NCBI GenBank assembly: GCA_024281215.1
Contig: JAMJTX010000021.1
Span: 1-36,132, forward strand
Source: Candidatus Thiovulum karukerense
Lineage (GTDB): Bacteria; Campylobacterota; Campylobacteria; Campylobacterales; Thiovulaceae
Direction of reading: 5' to 3'
DNA length: 36,132 bases
Shown one piece after another: positions 35,481 through 36,132 of this stretch (positions are counted from its first letter, which is position 1; every line of letters starts with the position of its first letter). The notes under the pieces were generated by a model, which worked only from the letters and a program-made list of their open reading frames with translations, made no database searches and was not told where the DNA came from. Made by a program: the position numbers and the translations under genes.

Positions 35481-36132
35481 TTAAACCATTGAAATAATTG
35501 GCAACTCTGTTTGAATACTTGGTAAGAGTGGATGTTGAACTTTTACTCTTGCCACTATTCGGCTTCCATTCTGTTTGAAAATATCAAAGTCATTTTTTGT
35601 TAAGACACCCTCGTAAAAGGCTTTATAGAATCCATCGTGCTTAAAAAAGTAGTTAAAGTGGTGATTTGCCAACTCCAAGGAGGTTAGTTCATAATCTGGA
35701 TAGTTCTGCTTTATCCATTCTCGGGTGCTTTCAAATACTTTCTGGGTCGATTTTGCTATTTTTGGAAAGAATACATCAGTTAGAAATCGCTTTTTAGCAA
35801 AGACTCGGGCATTGTTCAGATTCTCTTTATGCTCTCGTTCCTGCTTTTTTCGACTTCTTGTAAATTCATCTTCCTCTTTCTGCTTTTTGATTCGGTTTGC
35901 ATAACTTCTCTTAAGCTTTTTCGGGATTAGCTTCCAATCTACGAACTTGGAAAGTATCTCCTTTAATTTAGGAACTTTATAGAATTTTAGTTTTATATGG
36001 GTAATTGGACGACCAAACTTTTTAAAGAAAATATCGATATCAATCTTCAGTTCAGTTCTGAACTCCTCAATCTCTTTTCGTAATTGAGTTAATAATCTGT
36101 TTTTTACTTCGTGAATGTTTGATTTTTTATCA
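35481..36132 (-). CDS. Lys/Glu-rich hypothetical protein, 5'-partial (runs off the window)
   Basis: I translated the frame by hand and it is open from the window edge (36131) to the stop at 35481. The ORF track reports only the last 65 aa, because no ATG, GTG or TTG occurs further upstream in this frame within the window. The central region is highly charged (RIKKQKEEDEFTRSRKKQEREHKEN). I recognise no family. Confidence 0.5.
   Translation of the reverse strand, partial: DKKSNIHEVKNRLLTQLRKEIEEFRTELKIDIDIFFKKFGRPITHIKLKFYKVPKLKEILSKFVDWKLIPKKLKRSYANRIKKQKEEDEFTRSRKKQEREHKENLNNARVFAKKRFLTDVFFPKIAKSTQKVFESTREWIKQNYPDYELTSLELANHHFNYFFKHDGFYKAFYEGVLTKNDFDIFKQNGSRIVARVKVQHPLLPSIQTELPIISMV

Noticed and set aside
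1-36132. A search by eye for CRISPR repeats, tRNA/rRNA/tmRNA, IS elements, integrases, restriction or defence genes, and toxin-antitoxin pairs.
   Set aside because: I found none. The only helicase is RecG. The only direct repeats are the intragenic PPC repeats. No short regularly spaced repeats or tRNA-like T-loop sequences were seen. This is a visual scan only; tRNAscan, Infernal and DefenseFinder would be decisive.

Overview
This is an AT-rich, densely coding chromosomal segment with about 31 protein genes. By eye I found no rRNA, tRNA, CRISPR array, transposase or integrase. Gene content and the hisC-fliF linkage suggest a Campylobacterota (epsilonproteobacterial) genome.

Most of the window is core metabolism and housekeeping: gltB, gatA, gltX, rfbG-like, recG, gpt-like, metX, hisC, rseP, fliF, a REC-PAS-GGDEF regulator, a two-permease FtsX-type ABC system, and a ZnuA/ZnuC-like pair.

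I do not see a clear-cut new system such as a defence island. These loci are less ordinary:
1. A Sec-exported 219-aa protein sits 10 nt upstream of a cytoplasmic glutathionylspermidine-synthase-like ATP-grasp ligase (19390-21235).
2. A Tat-exported DUF1501 protein is divergently paired, with only a ~40-nt gap, with a 578-aa exported protein that looks weakly DUF1800-like (12196-15282). The N-terminal ~80-aa module of that protein recurs in the 219-aa protein.
3. A stand-alone RimK-like ATP-grasp enzyme carries an acidic tail (15328-16473).
4. A lipoprotein carries three tandem PPC-type domains encoded by ~333-bp DNA repeats (29122-30720).
5. A NIP/AqpN-like aquaporin (NPA/NPV) is translationally coupled to a thioredoxin-type ArsC, with no arsR or arsB nearby (27214-28256).

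There are also several synteny oddities:
- fliF is followed by an orphan dctQ-like gene rather than fliG.
- znuA-znuC has no permease gene.
- gltB has no gltD.
- The recG N-terminus lacks a canonical start codon.

All family assignments come from motif recognition by eye and need HMM or BLAST confirmation.
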